Source of the DNA: Candidatus Uhrbacteria bacterium CG10_big_fil_rev_8_21_14_0_10_50_16 | GTDB taxonomy: Bacteria > Patescibacteriota > Patescibacteriia > UBA9934 > UBA11717 | Reading direction: 5' to 3' | NCBI GenBank assembly: GCA_002774875.1 | Contig: PCYM01000006.1 | Location: forward strand, 91,095-137,834 | Length of the DNA stretch: 46,740 nucleotides | Part shown: positions 33,750 through 41,348 of the stretch, in pieces | Layout: each line of letters starts with the position of its first letter | Numbering within the stretch: position 1 is the stretch's first letter | Position numbers and translations under genes: made by a program | The notes under the pieces: generated by a model | The model's database searches: none | Seen by the model: only the letters and a program-made list of their open reading frames with translations | Told to the model about the DNA's origin: nothing

Positions 33750-34889
33750 TCACTTGGTGGGCGGTTCTTGTTTTAAATAATTCAACGTCTCTTGCGCGCA
33801 GAGGTTCCAGGTAAATTGTTTGGCTTGCTCAATCCCGCGTGTGCGTAGCTCGGCCTGTAGTTGCGGATCGCGTAGAAGTTGATCAATCGTTTGCGTGAGC
33901 TCATTTGCATTCATCGCGCGTACCGAGAGGACCGCATCGGACCCTACCTCTAATAAACTACTGTTGCGTGCGGTAATCACAGGCGTTCCGCAAGCCATGG
34001 CCTCGGTAATCTGCATCCCAAATCCTTCGTAGCGCGATGGCAACACAAGCGCCGTTGCCCCACGGAGCAGCGCAGGTCTATCCGTATCGTCTACAAACCC
34101 AAGTACATGAATATCTTGTTTGTAGGGGGAGCGGTTGATAGCAGAATCAAGTGCGCGACGTTTCCATCCACGGCCGCCCGCGAGGACAAGGTGCTCTGTG
34201 TGTCCCTGCGTGCGGAGCTGATTATAGCTTTCCACAAGGGACACAAGATTTTTGCGTGGTTCGCACGTGGCGAGTGAGAGGAGATAGGGGTGTGTAATGC
34301 CAAGTCGTTGTTTACGTGTTGTATCATCCGGCCGTTTTCGTTCTTGAAATTGTGTGTGGTCTAGCCCGTGTAAAATAGTTTTGCAGTTTTGGGGTGATCG
34401 ACCAAATGCGGTAAAGAGATCGTGCTGGCTATGGTCGGACACGGCGATGACCTTGGTGGCATGTTGCAGCGTTGTGCGCGCACGCGTGATCCTATACCGC
34501 ACGTGGTGGAGCTGATTATAGGTTTCTGAGAGCAAAACCCAGGCAAGATCATGCACGGTCACCACGGTTGGAATCTGCGTGCGCGGCAAGTACCCGGTGT
34601 TAGGATACCAAACAACATCTACCGACTCGCCCAGCAGATGCTCGAGCGAAACGAATCCAAGAGCAATTGCCGAGTTGATGAGTTTATTGGGAATGCGGCG
34701 ATGAATATGACGAACGTGGGGAAGCAACTGGAGGGAAGAGGGGAGTGCAAGCGGTTTCCATCCGCGCGAAAAAAAGACGAGTTGTGTGTGCTCGTCGGGG
34801 TGCATGGCTTGTATTGTTTCCAACACATAATGACCCACGCCGCTTGGTGTGGTGCCATAGAGACTTTGAATATCAATCGCGATCTTCAT
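33750..34889 (-). CDS. Glycosyltransferase, GT4 family
   Basis: MKIAIDIQSL...GVGHYV... with the C-terminal segment PSRYEGFGMQITEAMACGTPVITA. Confidence 0.85.
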   Translation of the reverse strand: MKIAIDIQSLYGTTPSGVGHYVLETIQAMHPDEHTQLVFFSRGWKPLALPSSLQLLPHVRHIHRRIPNKLINSAIALGFVSLEHLLGESVDVVWYPNTGYLPRTQIPTVVTVHDLAWVLLSETYNQLHHVRYRITRARTTLQHATKVIAVSDHSQHDLFTAFGRSPQNCKTILHGLDHTQFQERKRPDDTTRKQRLGITHPYLLSLATCEPRKNLVSLVESYNQLRTQGHTEHLVLAGGRGWKRRALDSAINRSPYKQDIHVLGFVDDTDRPALLRGATALVLPSRYEGFGMQITEAMACGTPVITARNSSLLEVGSDAVLSVRAMNANELTQTIDQLLRDPQLQAELRTRGIEQAKQFTWNLCAQETLNYLKQEPPTK

Positions 34890-36000
34890 GGGTGTCTGTA
34901 TTGGCGCTATGAATCATAGAGACCATTTCTTGTATTTGATTCGTAAACGCTTTGTGTGAAAACTGTTCGCTGTGCGCCCTAATCGCCTGCGGATCAAACT
35001 GTGTGTGGTCAAATCGAATCAACGCGTCGGCGAGACTCTCCCAGGTTTGCTCGTCAAAAAACGCTCCTGTTTTACCATCGATAATCGTCTCCGTGGCTCC
35101 GCCTTTGTTGTAGGCAATCACCGGTCGACCGCACGCCATAGCCTCCACAACCGTAATTCCAAAGTCCTCCTCTTGTGGATTAAGATAGGCAATACAGTCT
35201 TGGTAAAGTCGCGCTTTTTCCTCGTCGCTCACGCGTCCCAAGAATTGGATGTTGTCTTTTGCGATGGCTTTAAGCTCGTCCACCATCGGGCCGCTGCCAA
35301 AAATCTTGAGCGGCAAACGGAGTCGATTAAACGTCTCTACAATGAGATCAAATTTTTTGTATGCCATGATCCGACCGCCTGCGAGGAAGTAGGTCTTGGG
35401 TGCGTCGGAGAGAGAAAACGCTTCTGTGTCTACGGGCGGGAACACCACGCGCGCGTCGGATCGGTAATATTTAAGAATACGTTGTCGTACCGTGGCCGAG
35501 TTTGCCAAAAATTGATCCACGCGATCCGCCGCGTGCCTGTCCCATTCGCGCAGGCGAGAAAGATAAAGCGGCAACAGTTTTTTTACCATCACGGGCACGT
35601 TAAGGTTGTCCACGTACTCATGCATCTCTGTCCAAAGGTAGCGTGTGGGCGTGTGACAGTAGCAAAGGTGCACCGCGTCTTGTCGTGTAATGATTCCCTT
35701 AGCGAGCGAGCTGACGCTGGAAATTACAATGTCATACTCGCGTAGATCGTATTGCTCCGTAGCATGTGGCATGAGTGGAAGGAGCCATTGGAAGGGGAGG
35801 AGCGTAAAGGGAAAACGATTTAAAAAAGAGGTGCGGACGGTGCCCAGAATAGGCGGATCAAAGCGCTCCGGTTTATAGGCAAGCGTATAAATGGGCGCGT
35901 TTGGGTAGAGTGAAGATAAAACACGGAGTACGCGCTCTGCGCCTCCGTCTTGGGTGAGGTGATCGTGAACGAGAGCAATTTTTGGCTCGGAATCTTGCAT
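34873..36000 (-). CDS. Glycosyltransferase, GT4 family
   Basis: KIALVHDHLTQDGGAERV... with the C-terminal segment PQEEDFGITVVEAMACGRPVIAY. It overlaps the downstream GT by 17 nt. Confidence 0.85.
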   Translation of the reverse strand: MQDSEPKIALVHDHLTQDGGAERVLRVLSSLYPNAPIYTLAYKPERFDPPILGTVRTSFLNRFPFTLLPFQWLLPLMPHATEQYDLREYDIVISSVSSLAKGIITRQDAVHLCYCHTPTRYLWTEMHEYVDNLNVPVMVKKLLPLYLSRLREWDRHAADRVDQFLANSATVRQRILKYYRSDARVVFPPVDTEAFSLSDAPKTYFLAGGRIMAYKKFDLIVETFNRLRLPLKIFGSGPMVDELKAIAKDNIQFLGRVSDEEKARLYQDCIAYLNPQEEDFGITVVEAMACGRPVIAYNKGGATETIIDGKTGAFFDEQTWESLADALIRFDHTQFDPQAIRAHSEQFSHKAFTNQIQEMVSMIHSANTDTHEDRD

Positions 36001-36071
36001 GTGCTGATCTTAGCACTTTAGAAGACCCTTCGGCAAATGGATTGGTAGGTACGTGGGCGTTGGAGAGATAT

Positions 36072-36108
36072 TTTTCAAAACACCGACGATCGTCGTATAT
36101 TTGAAAAA
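36072..36108. repeat. Palindromic element copy D (core at 36084-36095)
   Basis: TTTTCAAAACAC-CGACGATCGTCG-TATATTTGAAAA. The left arm matches copies B and C and the right arm matches copy A. It lies within the GT operon intergenic gap. Confidence 0.75.
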
Positions 36109-36138
36109 TTCGGAAGGCACACAAAAGCAATTCTCTGT

Positions 36139-37560
36139 CTATTTTGCGCCGCGGGAGAGGAGAACAACCCATGCGGTTTTTGCGAGAATTTGGAGATCCA
36201 GCAAAGGGCTCCAGTTTTCAATATAGTAGGTGTCCAGTCGAACTTCGTCGTTAAAATCCAGATCAGCGCGGCCGGAGACCTGCGCCATGCCGGTGATCCC
36301 GGGCTTGATCGTGAGCACTTTTAAATGCTCTGGTTTGTACTGTGCGACTTCTTCTGGAAAATGCGGTCGCGGTCCCACAAGACTCATTTTTCCAAACAAC
36401 GCGAGGTAGAGCTGAGGAATCTCATCAATACTTGTGCGTCGCATAAACTGCCCAAACCGCGTAATACGTGGGTCGTGTTCTAACTTAAAGAGGGGAGTCC
36501 CTGCGCGATCATTTCCATGCTCGGCGAGAAAGTCTTTATCAAATCGCAACTTGTGCGCATCTTTAACCATGGAACGGAATTTAATAAACGTAAACGGCTT
36601 GCCACCTTCTCCCACGCGTTGCACAGGTTTTCCGTTTGGCAGTTTACGGAAAAGAATCCCGCCTTGCCGTTCGACGAGGAGGACAATGGCAACGATCAGC
36701 TGAATTGGGGAACTGAGAAGAATTAACAGGAGCGAGACAATTAAATCAAACGCACGTTTATAGATACGTCCCCAGCCATCCAATGGGGTTTGTTTGACTT
36801 CAAAAAGTGGGATGCCGGCAAAGGTATGTGGTTCTAACTTGGATGTCGACGCCTCTAATAAGTCTGCCGTATAGTAAAAATTGATGTGTTGTTGTTCGCA
36901 GAAAGCGAGCAGTGTGAGCGCTTCTTTTCTGCTGGCGTCTGGATTGGCAAACATGACCTCGTCTACCGCTCCGCGTGATTTTTTGCGGATAATCCAACTC
37001 TGCGTCTCCTGATTAAACTGTGTGCGGGTGCCAATGACGTGGAATCCCAATCCTGGGTTTGTGCGGAACGCGTTCATAAGCGGGAGCGTTTCTTCTTTTG
37101 GACCGATTAATACCACGTGGCGTTGACCGTATCCGCGCGCCAACAAGGAGCGTTGCGCGAGTCGCAAGAGTAAACGCGCCAGAATCACAAAACACATGGC
37201 GAGCACCCATGCGACCAATACAATAAAACGTGAATCAAAAATTTCGCGGCTAAAAAAGATGACCGTAAATACCAGCATCATGCCTGTGGAGACAGCGTAG
37301 ATCACGCGGCCGATTTCTTCTCGGACAGACCTGCGCTTAATGCTGTAGAGACGATTGGCAGCAAAAATAAGAATCCAAAATACGGCCACGCCCAGGACCA
37401 CGCGCAAAAGTTCGTTGACGTCGATGTTGAATCGAACCGGGAGGACTTCGGCGACGCGTGGGTGAATACGAATCCAATATGCAGTCCAGCCGGCAAGAAC
37501 AATCATGGCAGCATCAATCGGAACGCGGATTCCAGCAAAAAACAAGTCAAGTCGTTTCAT
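36139..37560 (-). CDS. Polyprenyl-phosphate sugar phosphotransferase (WbaP/bacterial sugar transferase family)
   Basis: 473-aa ORF with N-terminal TM segments. The C-terminal catalytic domain contains KRAFDLIVSLLLILL...FIKFRSM...DEIPQL...MSLVGPRP. Confidence 0.9.
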   Translation of the reverse strand: MKRLDLFFAGIRVPIDAAMIVLAGWTAYWIRIHPRVAEVLPVRFNIDVNELLRVVLGVAVFWILIFAANRLYSIKRRSVREEIGRVIYAVSTGMMLVFTVIFFSREIFDSRFIVLVAWVLAMCFVILARLLLRLAQRSLLARGYGQRHVVLIGPKEETLPLMNAFRTNPGLGFHVIGTRTQFNQETQSWIIRKKSRGAVDEVMFANPDASRKEALTLLAFCEQQHINFYYTADLLEASTSKLEPHTFAGIPLFEVKQTPLDGWGRIYKRAFDLIVSLLLILLSSPIQLIVAIVLLVERQGGILFRKLPNGKPVQRVGEGGKPFTFIKFRSMVKDAHKLRFDKDFLAEHGNDRAGTPLFKLEHDPRITRFGQFMRRTSIDEIPQLYLALFGKMSLVGPRPHFPEEVAQYKPEHLKVLTIKPGITGMAQVSGRADLDFNDEVRLDTYYIENWSPLLDLQILAKTAWVVLLSRGAK

Positions 37561-37568
37561 GTGATTGG

Positions 37569-37577
37569 ATTATACCA
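37569..37577 (-). promoter_or_regulatory. Extended -10 promoter (TGGTATAAT) 8 nt upstream of the sugar transferase ATG
   Basis: The rc of attatacca is TGGTATAAT. There is no Shine-Dalgarno site. Confidence 0.5.
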
Positions 37578-37621
37578 GCTCGCCCACAAGGATGACAGAA
37601 CACGCGATGTATAACGCAAAC

Positions 37622-37641
37622 AAAAAACCCCCAAGGGGGTT
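37622..37641 (-). terminator. Intrinsic terminator of rnpB
   Basis: AACCCCCTTGGGGGTT followed by TTTTGTTT on the minus strand. Confidence 0.7.
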
Positions 37642-37659
37642 GTCTGTGTTCTTCCCAAA

Positions 37660-38095
37660 GGTATAAGCCTTGGGACACCTGTAAGCCGAATTCTGTCTAG
37701 CCACGTAAAGCTCCAAGGAGCTACGTGGGAGACCGCGATCTATCTGGGCACAACATTGCTGTTGGGCTCGAGCGTGCTACCAAATTTGCACTTGCACCGG
37801 GATGGGTTTACCACGTCACTCTGTCACCAGAGGACGAGTTGCGTGATGTACAACCGAAGTCGCACACCGTATCGCAGCACTTTTCACCTTAAGCCGTGAG
37901 CGGCCGTATTGTCTCTGTGGCACTTTCCCTAGGCTTTGTGCATCTCTCACTCACAGGAATCCAATGAGTGAACGATCCACGTATACCCGGTCGCCGTTAA
38001 CGACATCCCTTGTTCTGGACATTGCTGTCGCAGAGGTGTTCGGACTTTCCTCCCAGTAACCTGGGCCGCGGTCCGGTGCTCCTGTAAAGGATAAG
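37660..38095 (-). ncRNA. rnpB: RNase P RNA, bacterial type A (ends approximate)
   Basis: The minus strand carries GGGAGGAAAGTCCGAAC (CR-I), AAGGTGAAAAGTGC, GTAAACCCATCCCGGTGCAAGTGCAAAT, CCCAGATAGATCG and GACAGAATTCGGCTTAC (CR-V). The order and spacing match E. coli M1 RNA. P1 can form between CCTTTACAGGAGCACC and GGTGTCCCAAGG. Confidence 0.9.
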
Positions 38096-38104
38096 AACGG
38101 GATA

Positions 38105-38133
38105 AAGATACAGGAAAAGTAAGCTTTTGTCAA
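38105..38133 (-). promoter_or_regulatory. rnpB promoter (TTGACA-17 nt-TATCTT)
   Basis: The rc of 38128-38133 is TTGACA and the rc of 38105-38110 is TATCTT. The predicted start is a few nt upstream of P1. Confidence 0.6.
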
Positions 38134-38184
38134 CCGTATTGAGGCCTCAGTAGGCTAGTATTAGCTGTATATCCGCTATTTGTC

Positions 38185-38213
38185 TTGACAGCAGGCTGTT
38201 TTTATACTATAAG
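38185..38213 (+). promoter_or_regulatory. Promoter of the mini-sigma ORF (TTGACA-17 nt-TATAAG)
   Basis: -35 at 38185-90, 17-nt spacer, -10 at 38208-13. It is divergent from the rnpB promoter. Confidence 0.55.
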
Positions 38214-38269
38214 CTAAGGGTCGAAAGACGACGCCTCATGAGAGACGCCACTCTATCTCGGGAGAGAAC

Positions 38270-38710
38270 ATGGCAAAGAAGGCAAATCGAGAAGATGAGC
38301 TCAGGGAGCTCCTCGCGTCACAGGTAGCGGATATGGAGCAGGGCCCCGTGGTCATGCCCAAGGAACTGCCTAGCGGAGTTGATGGTGCTGTGCGGATGTT
38401 CTATGCGGACATCGAGGGTCAGTCGGCGCCGGACGTGCGTACTGCGGCGCGGCGCGATCCGGTCGTCGATCGTAGTCCGAGCGAGCTGGCCCTTGGGGTT
38501 CTGGTCTCGCTCACTGAGCCGCAGCAGTGCGTCCTGCGGATCCGGTTCGGAATCAATGCAGGCAGCAGCGACGGTGTTCCGGCGTCGGAGGAATCCAGAA
38601 CGCGTGAGCGTATCCGGCAGATCGAGGCGATGGCGTTGCGCAAGCTCCGTCACCCGTCTCGTGTGTTCCGCCCCCGTTCCACCACGGTAGACTCCACCGA
38701 AACGGAGTGA
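38270..38710 (+). CDS. High-GC mini sigma-70-like protein with region 1.2-like and region 4.2 segments only (cassette 3)
   Basis: 146 aa. [16 protein letters not shown]...[21 protein letters not shown] matches RpoD region 4 almost exactly (E. coli has [21 protein letters not shown]). [11 protein letters not shown] resembles region 1.2 (DPVRMYMREMG). Regions 2 and 3 are absent. Confidence 0.6.
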   Translation: [146 protein letters not shown]

Positions 38711-38721
38711 ACGATCTCTAC

Positions 38722-38762
38722 GGCCCCGTGTGCACTTTCTGCACCGGGGTCGTGGTCTTTTT
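38722..38762 (+). terminator. Intrinsic terminator of the mini-sigma ORF
   Basis: Stem CCCCGTGTGCA/TGCACCGGGG followed by TCGTGGTCTTTTT. Confidence 0.65.
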
Positions 38763-38788
38763 AAAACACCTCCGCCAGGGAGGTGTTT
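38763..38788 (-). terminator. Intrinsic terminator of trpS
   Basis: Stem ACACCTCC/GGAGGTGT followed by a T-run on the minus strand. Confidence 0.7.
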
Positions 38789-38790
38789 AG

Positions 38791-39777
38791 TTACTTTAGG
38801 GAAACGCCAACCTTCTTTCTGACGATCGCCATCTTTGCGGCGGCAATCTCTCGCGCCCGCGCCGCACCGGCGTCTAACACACGAATAAGCTCCGCCTCGT
38901 CTGCCAAATACTCACCGATTCTTTTCTGTAGGGGACTTAGGTAGCCAATAAGCGCTGCGGCCGTATCCTTTTTAAGATCGCCATAGCCCTTACCTTGGTA
39001 GGCCTGCAGTATCTGCTCCGTGGTTTGATCGCTCGCTAAGCTGTAAATGTCGATCAAGTTTTTAATCCCTGGCTGGTCGTCTGAATAGTTGATGGCGCCT
39101 TTGTCATCCGTCACTGCAGACATGATTTTTTTGTGAATCACGTCGGAGCTATCCATGAGCGAGATGTAATTTTTCTCGCTGTTTGCACTCTTGCTCATTT
39201 TTTTTGTGGGATCGTCGAGGCCGAGAATCTTGGCGCCAACTTCTTTGAGTTTTACCTCGGGTACATGAAATGTCTCGCCGTAAATACGATTAAATCGTTC
39301 GGCAATCGTGCGTGCTAATTCCACGTGCTGCTTTTGATCGTAACCCACGGGCACCATACGTGCGTCGTAGAGAAGGATGTCGGCCGCCATGAGAATCGGA
39401 TACGTAAACAGTGCCACGGGGACGTTCTCGCCCTGCATGATGGCTTTATCTTTGTATTGTGTCATACGCTCAATCTCGCTCATGCGCATGAGGGTAGAAA
39501 AAATCCATGCGAGTTCTGTGTGCTCTGAGACGGCGGATTGTTGGAACAAAATATTTTGTTCCACGTTGATTCCAGCGGCGAGATAGGTGGCCGCAAGCGC
39601 GAGAATATTTTTACGCAGGAGGGCGGGGTCGGACTCGGTGTCCATGGCATGATAATCCACGATCATCACAACACCGTTATAATTGACCTGAAAATCGACA
39701 AGCTGCTTGACCGAGCCAAAGTAGTTTCCGATGTGTAAAAGGTTGGTTGGGCGAATGCCGGTGAGGAAATCTGTCAT
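38791..39777 (-). CDS. trpS: Tryptophan--tRNA ligase
   Basis: 328-aa ORF with the HIGH-type motif TGIRPTNLLHIGNYFG, the KMSKS motif KKMSKSA, and class Ic size. Confidence 0.95.
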   Translation of the reverse strand: MTDFLTGIRPTNLLHIGNYFGSVKQLVDFQVNYNGVVMIVDYHAMDTESDPALLRKNILALAATYLAAGINVEQNILFQQSAVSEHTELAWIFSTLMRMSEIERMTQYKDKAIMQGENVPVALFTYPILMAADILLYDARMVPVGYDQKQHVELARTIAERFNRIYGETFHVPEVKLKEVGAKILGLDDPTKKMSKSANSEKNYISLMDSSDVIHKKIMSAVTDDKGAINYSDDQPGIKNLIDIYSLASDQTTEQILQAYQGKGYGDLKKDTAAALIGYLSPLQKRIGEYLADEAELIRVLDAGAARAREIAAAKMAIVRKKVGVSLK

Positions 39778-39784
39778 ATAGGGG

Positions 39785-39793
39785 AGTATAGCA
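39785..39793 (-). promoter_or_regulatory. Extended -10 promoter (TGCTATACT) 7 nt upstream of the trpS ATG
   Basis: The rc of agtatagca is TGCTATACT. There is no Shine-Dalgarno site. Confidence 0.5.
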
Positions 39794-39845
39794 TGGTTTT
39801 CTTCCTTCTTTTTGTTTTGCTAAAAAGGAGAGATAAAACAATATT

Positions 39846-39900
39846 TAAAAAAATGTGCGCCCGCCCCAGAGCCTCCAGGATGGAGGAAGGGCGAGCGTCA
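39846..39900 (-). terminator. Candidate terminator of cassette-4 ORF
   Basis: On the minus strand, the inner hairpin CCTCCA/TGGAGG is nested in CTCGCCC/GGGCGGG, followed by CGCACATTTTTTT. Confidence 0.4.
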
Positions 39901-39917
39901 TGGAGCGATCGTGGTGG

Positions 39918-40787
39918 TCAGGCGGCGTCGTCGTCGTTGGAGCCGTGCCGTCCGAGCTGAGCCGAGCGAACCGTGCCGAGGAAGGACGTGCGATGACCTT
40001 GGCCGAGTCCGGAGGAGTGCGCTCGCATGCCGGACACGAGGGCTGCCTGATCTCCCAGAGCAACCTGCAGGGGCTCGATCACGTTCTGAAGGGCGTTGCC
40101 GAGAAAGTGCCTCTCTACGCCGTGCTGGATCATGTAGGTGACGCCGGCGCTCATCTCAAGCCATGCCCTGGCCATCTCGGGGGCCAGTGAGTGAGCAGAT
40201 GCCTCCCACGCCAGCCGTTCGCCATAGGCCTTGTGCTGCAAGGCGGAGAGCAGGTTGGCCGTGAATCGGTTCCAATCCAACTGACCGTTCGCGTTGTACA
40301 AAACCTTTCCCCAGACACCCGCTCCACTGCTCTGCAAGTAGAGGTAGGCTTCCGAGAGAAAAAGACCGATGATGAACAGGAACATGGCCGGATCCGTGCG
40401 ACCCGCGTTGCCTTGGAGACGATTCCGCAGATCACGCTCCACGTCTCCCGTGAAGATGAGCACGACGTGCTCCAGACCAGCGGCGCTGGTCGCCATGCCT
40501 GCCGAACTGTCGACACGTCCCACGAACGCCGGGATGTGCTCGACAAGTCGTGTTCCTTGCCCACGAACGGTGTGAGGACCCTGTCCCAGCTTGAGCGCGA
40601 GGCCCATGGGCTCGTTGGGATCCTCCACCTCGTTCCCGCTGGAGAAGTCCAGCCTGCGTTCTTCGACCTGATTGCTCGGCGTGCGGCGGCCAGCCGCGGC
40701 CGTGCGCCCCATGAACTGGGGTTGTCCCCAGCGCTGCCACGCGAACATCAAACCAATACCCATCAACAATGCCAGCAGGTATCCCAT
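39918..40787 (-). CDS. High-GC orphan membrane-anchored protein (cassette 4)
   Basis: 289 aa from the ATG at 40787, with the Shine-Dalgarno site GGAGGG 8 nt upstream. N-terminal TM is MGYLLALLMGIGLMFAW. Of the many overlapping ORFs here, this frame has strongly G/C-biased third positions. I recognise no motif. Confidence 0.55.
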   Translation of the reverse strand: MGYLLALLMGIGLMFAWQRWGQPQFMGRTAAAGRRTPSNQVEERRLDFSSGNEVEDPNEPMGLALKLGQGPHTVRGQGTRLVEHIPAFVGRVDSSAGMATSAAGLEHVVLIFTGDVERDLRNRLQGNAGRTDPAMFLFIIGLFLSEAYLYLQSSGAGVWGKVLYNANGQLDWNRFTANLLSALQHKAYGERLAWEASAHSLAPEMARAWLEMSAGVTYMIQHGVERHFLGNALQNVIEPLQVALGDQAALVSGMRAHSSGLGQGHRTSFLGTVRSAQLGRHGSNDDDAA

Positions 40788-40963
40788 TATGGGGGCCCTC
40801 CAATTGCTCGAGAGAAACTCTACGAGCGGGTTTATTCGCAATCCAATCTCAACCTATCATTCCCAGGGAAACTGTCAACAGGCGCATGGGGGAATGAGAT
40901 CAAACTTGTGGCCAACCTTGCGGCTTTTTTGCACTCGGTCTATACTTTTTCTATAACGAACTC

Positions 40964-41305
40964 ATGCCTATGAACAAAGCGGATCTCGCCGGACGTATTG
41001 CGGACCGGCTCGGACTTACCAAAAAACAAGGAGAGGATGTGGTTGATACCTTTCAATCATTGGTTACAGAGTCGCTTGCGCGGCAGGATGAAGTGACAAT
41101 CGCAGGGTTTGGAACCTTTTCCTCACGGATTCGTTCTGCGCGCATGGGCGTCAATCCACAAAAACCGTCAGAGCGCATTCGCATCCCAGAAGTGCTTGTT
41201 CCCAAGTTTAAAGCGGGAAAGGCGCTTAAAGATGCATTGAAAGCGGCACAAAAACCACCGGCGCCAAGCAATGCTTCTTCACCTGCTCCCTCGTCTACCT
41301 TGTAA
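40964..41305 (+). CDS. hup: HU-family DNA-binding protein with a Pro/Ala/Ser-rich C-terminal tail
   Basis: MNKADLAGRIADRLGLTKKQGEDVVDTF...VTIAGFGTFSSRIRSARMGVNPQKPSERIRIPEVLVPKFKAGKALKDAL, then KAAQKPPAPSNASSPAPSSTL. Confidence 0.85.
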   Translation: MPMNKADLAGRIADRLGLTKKQGEDVVDTFQSLVTESLARQDEVTIAGFGTFSSRIRSARMGVNPQKPSERIRIPEVLVPKFKAGKALKDALKAAQKPPAPSNASSPAPSSTL

Positions 41306-41308
41306 ACC

Positions 41309-41338
41309 AAAAACCCCTGCCTGTTTGGCGGGGGTTTT
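41309..41338. terminator. Bidirectional terminator between hup and rny
   Basis: AAAAACCCCTGCC-TGTTT-GGCGGGGGTTTT. Confidence 0.7.
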
Positions 41339-41348
41339 GCTTGGGCAC

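Noticed and set aside
34972-35745. Long antisense ORFs opposite well-supported genes: 34972-35745 (+), 23123-23752 (-), 13729-14244 (-), 45677-46168 (-), 44988-45473 (-), 1822-2310 (+)
   Set aside because: Each lies entirely inside a gene with clear family motifs on the other strand. They have low-complexity or Cys/Arg-rich translations and no start-site signals. They are shadow ORFs.
39855-40973. Multiple overlapping ORFs in cassette 4: 40191-40973 (+, 260 aa), 40151-40564 (-), 40432-40803 (-), 39855-40190 (+)
   Set aside because: High-GC DNA is open in many frames. Only 39918-40787 (-) combines a ribosome-binding site, a TM helix and G/C-dominated third codon positions. The others were not called.
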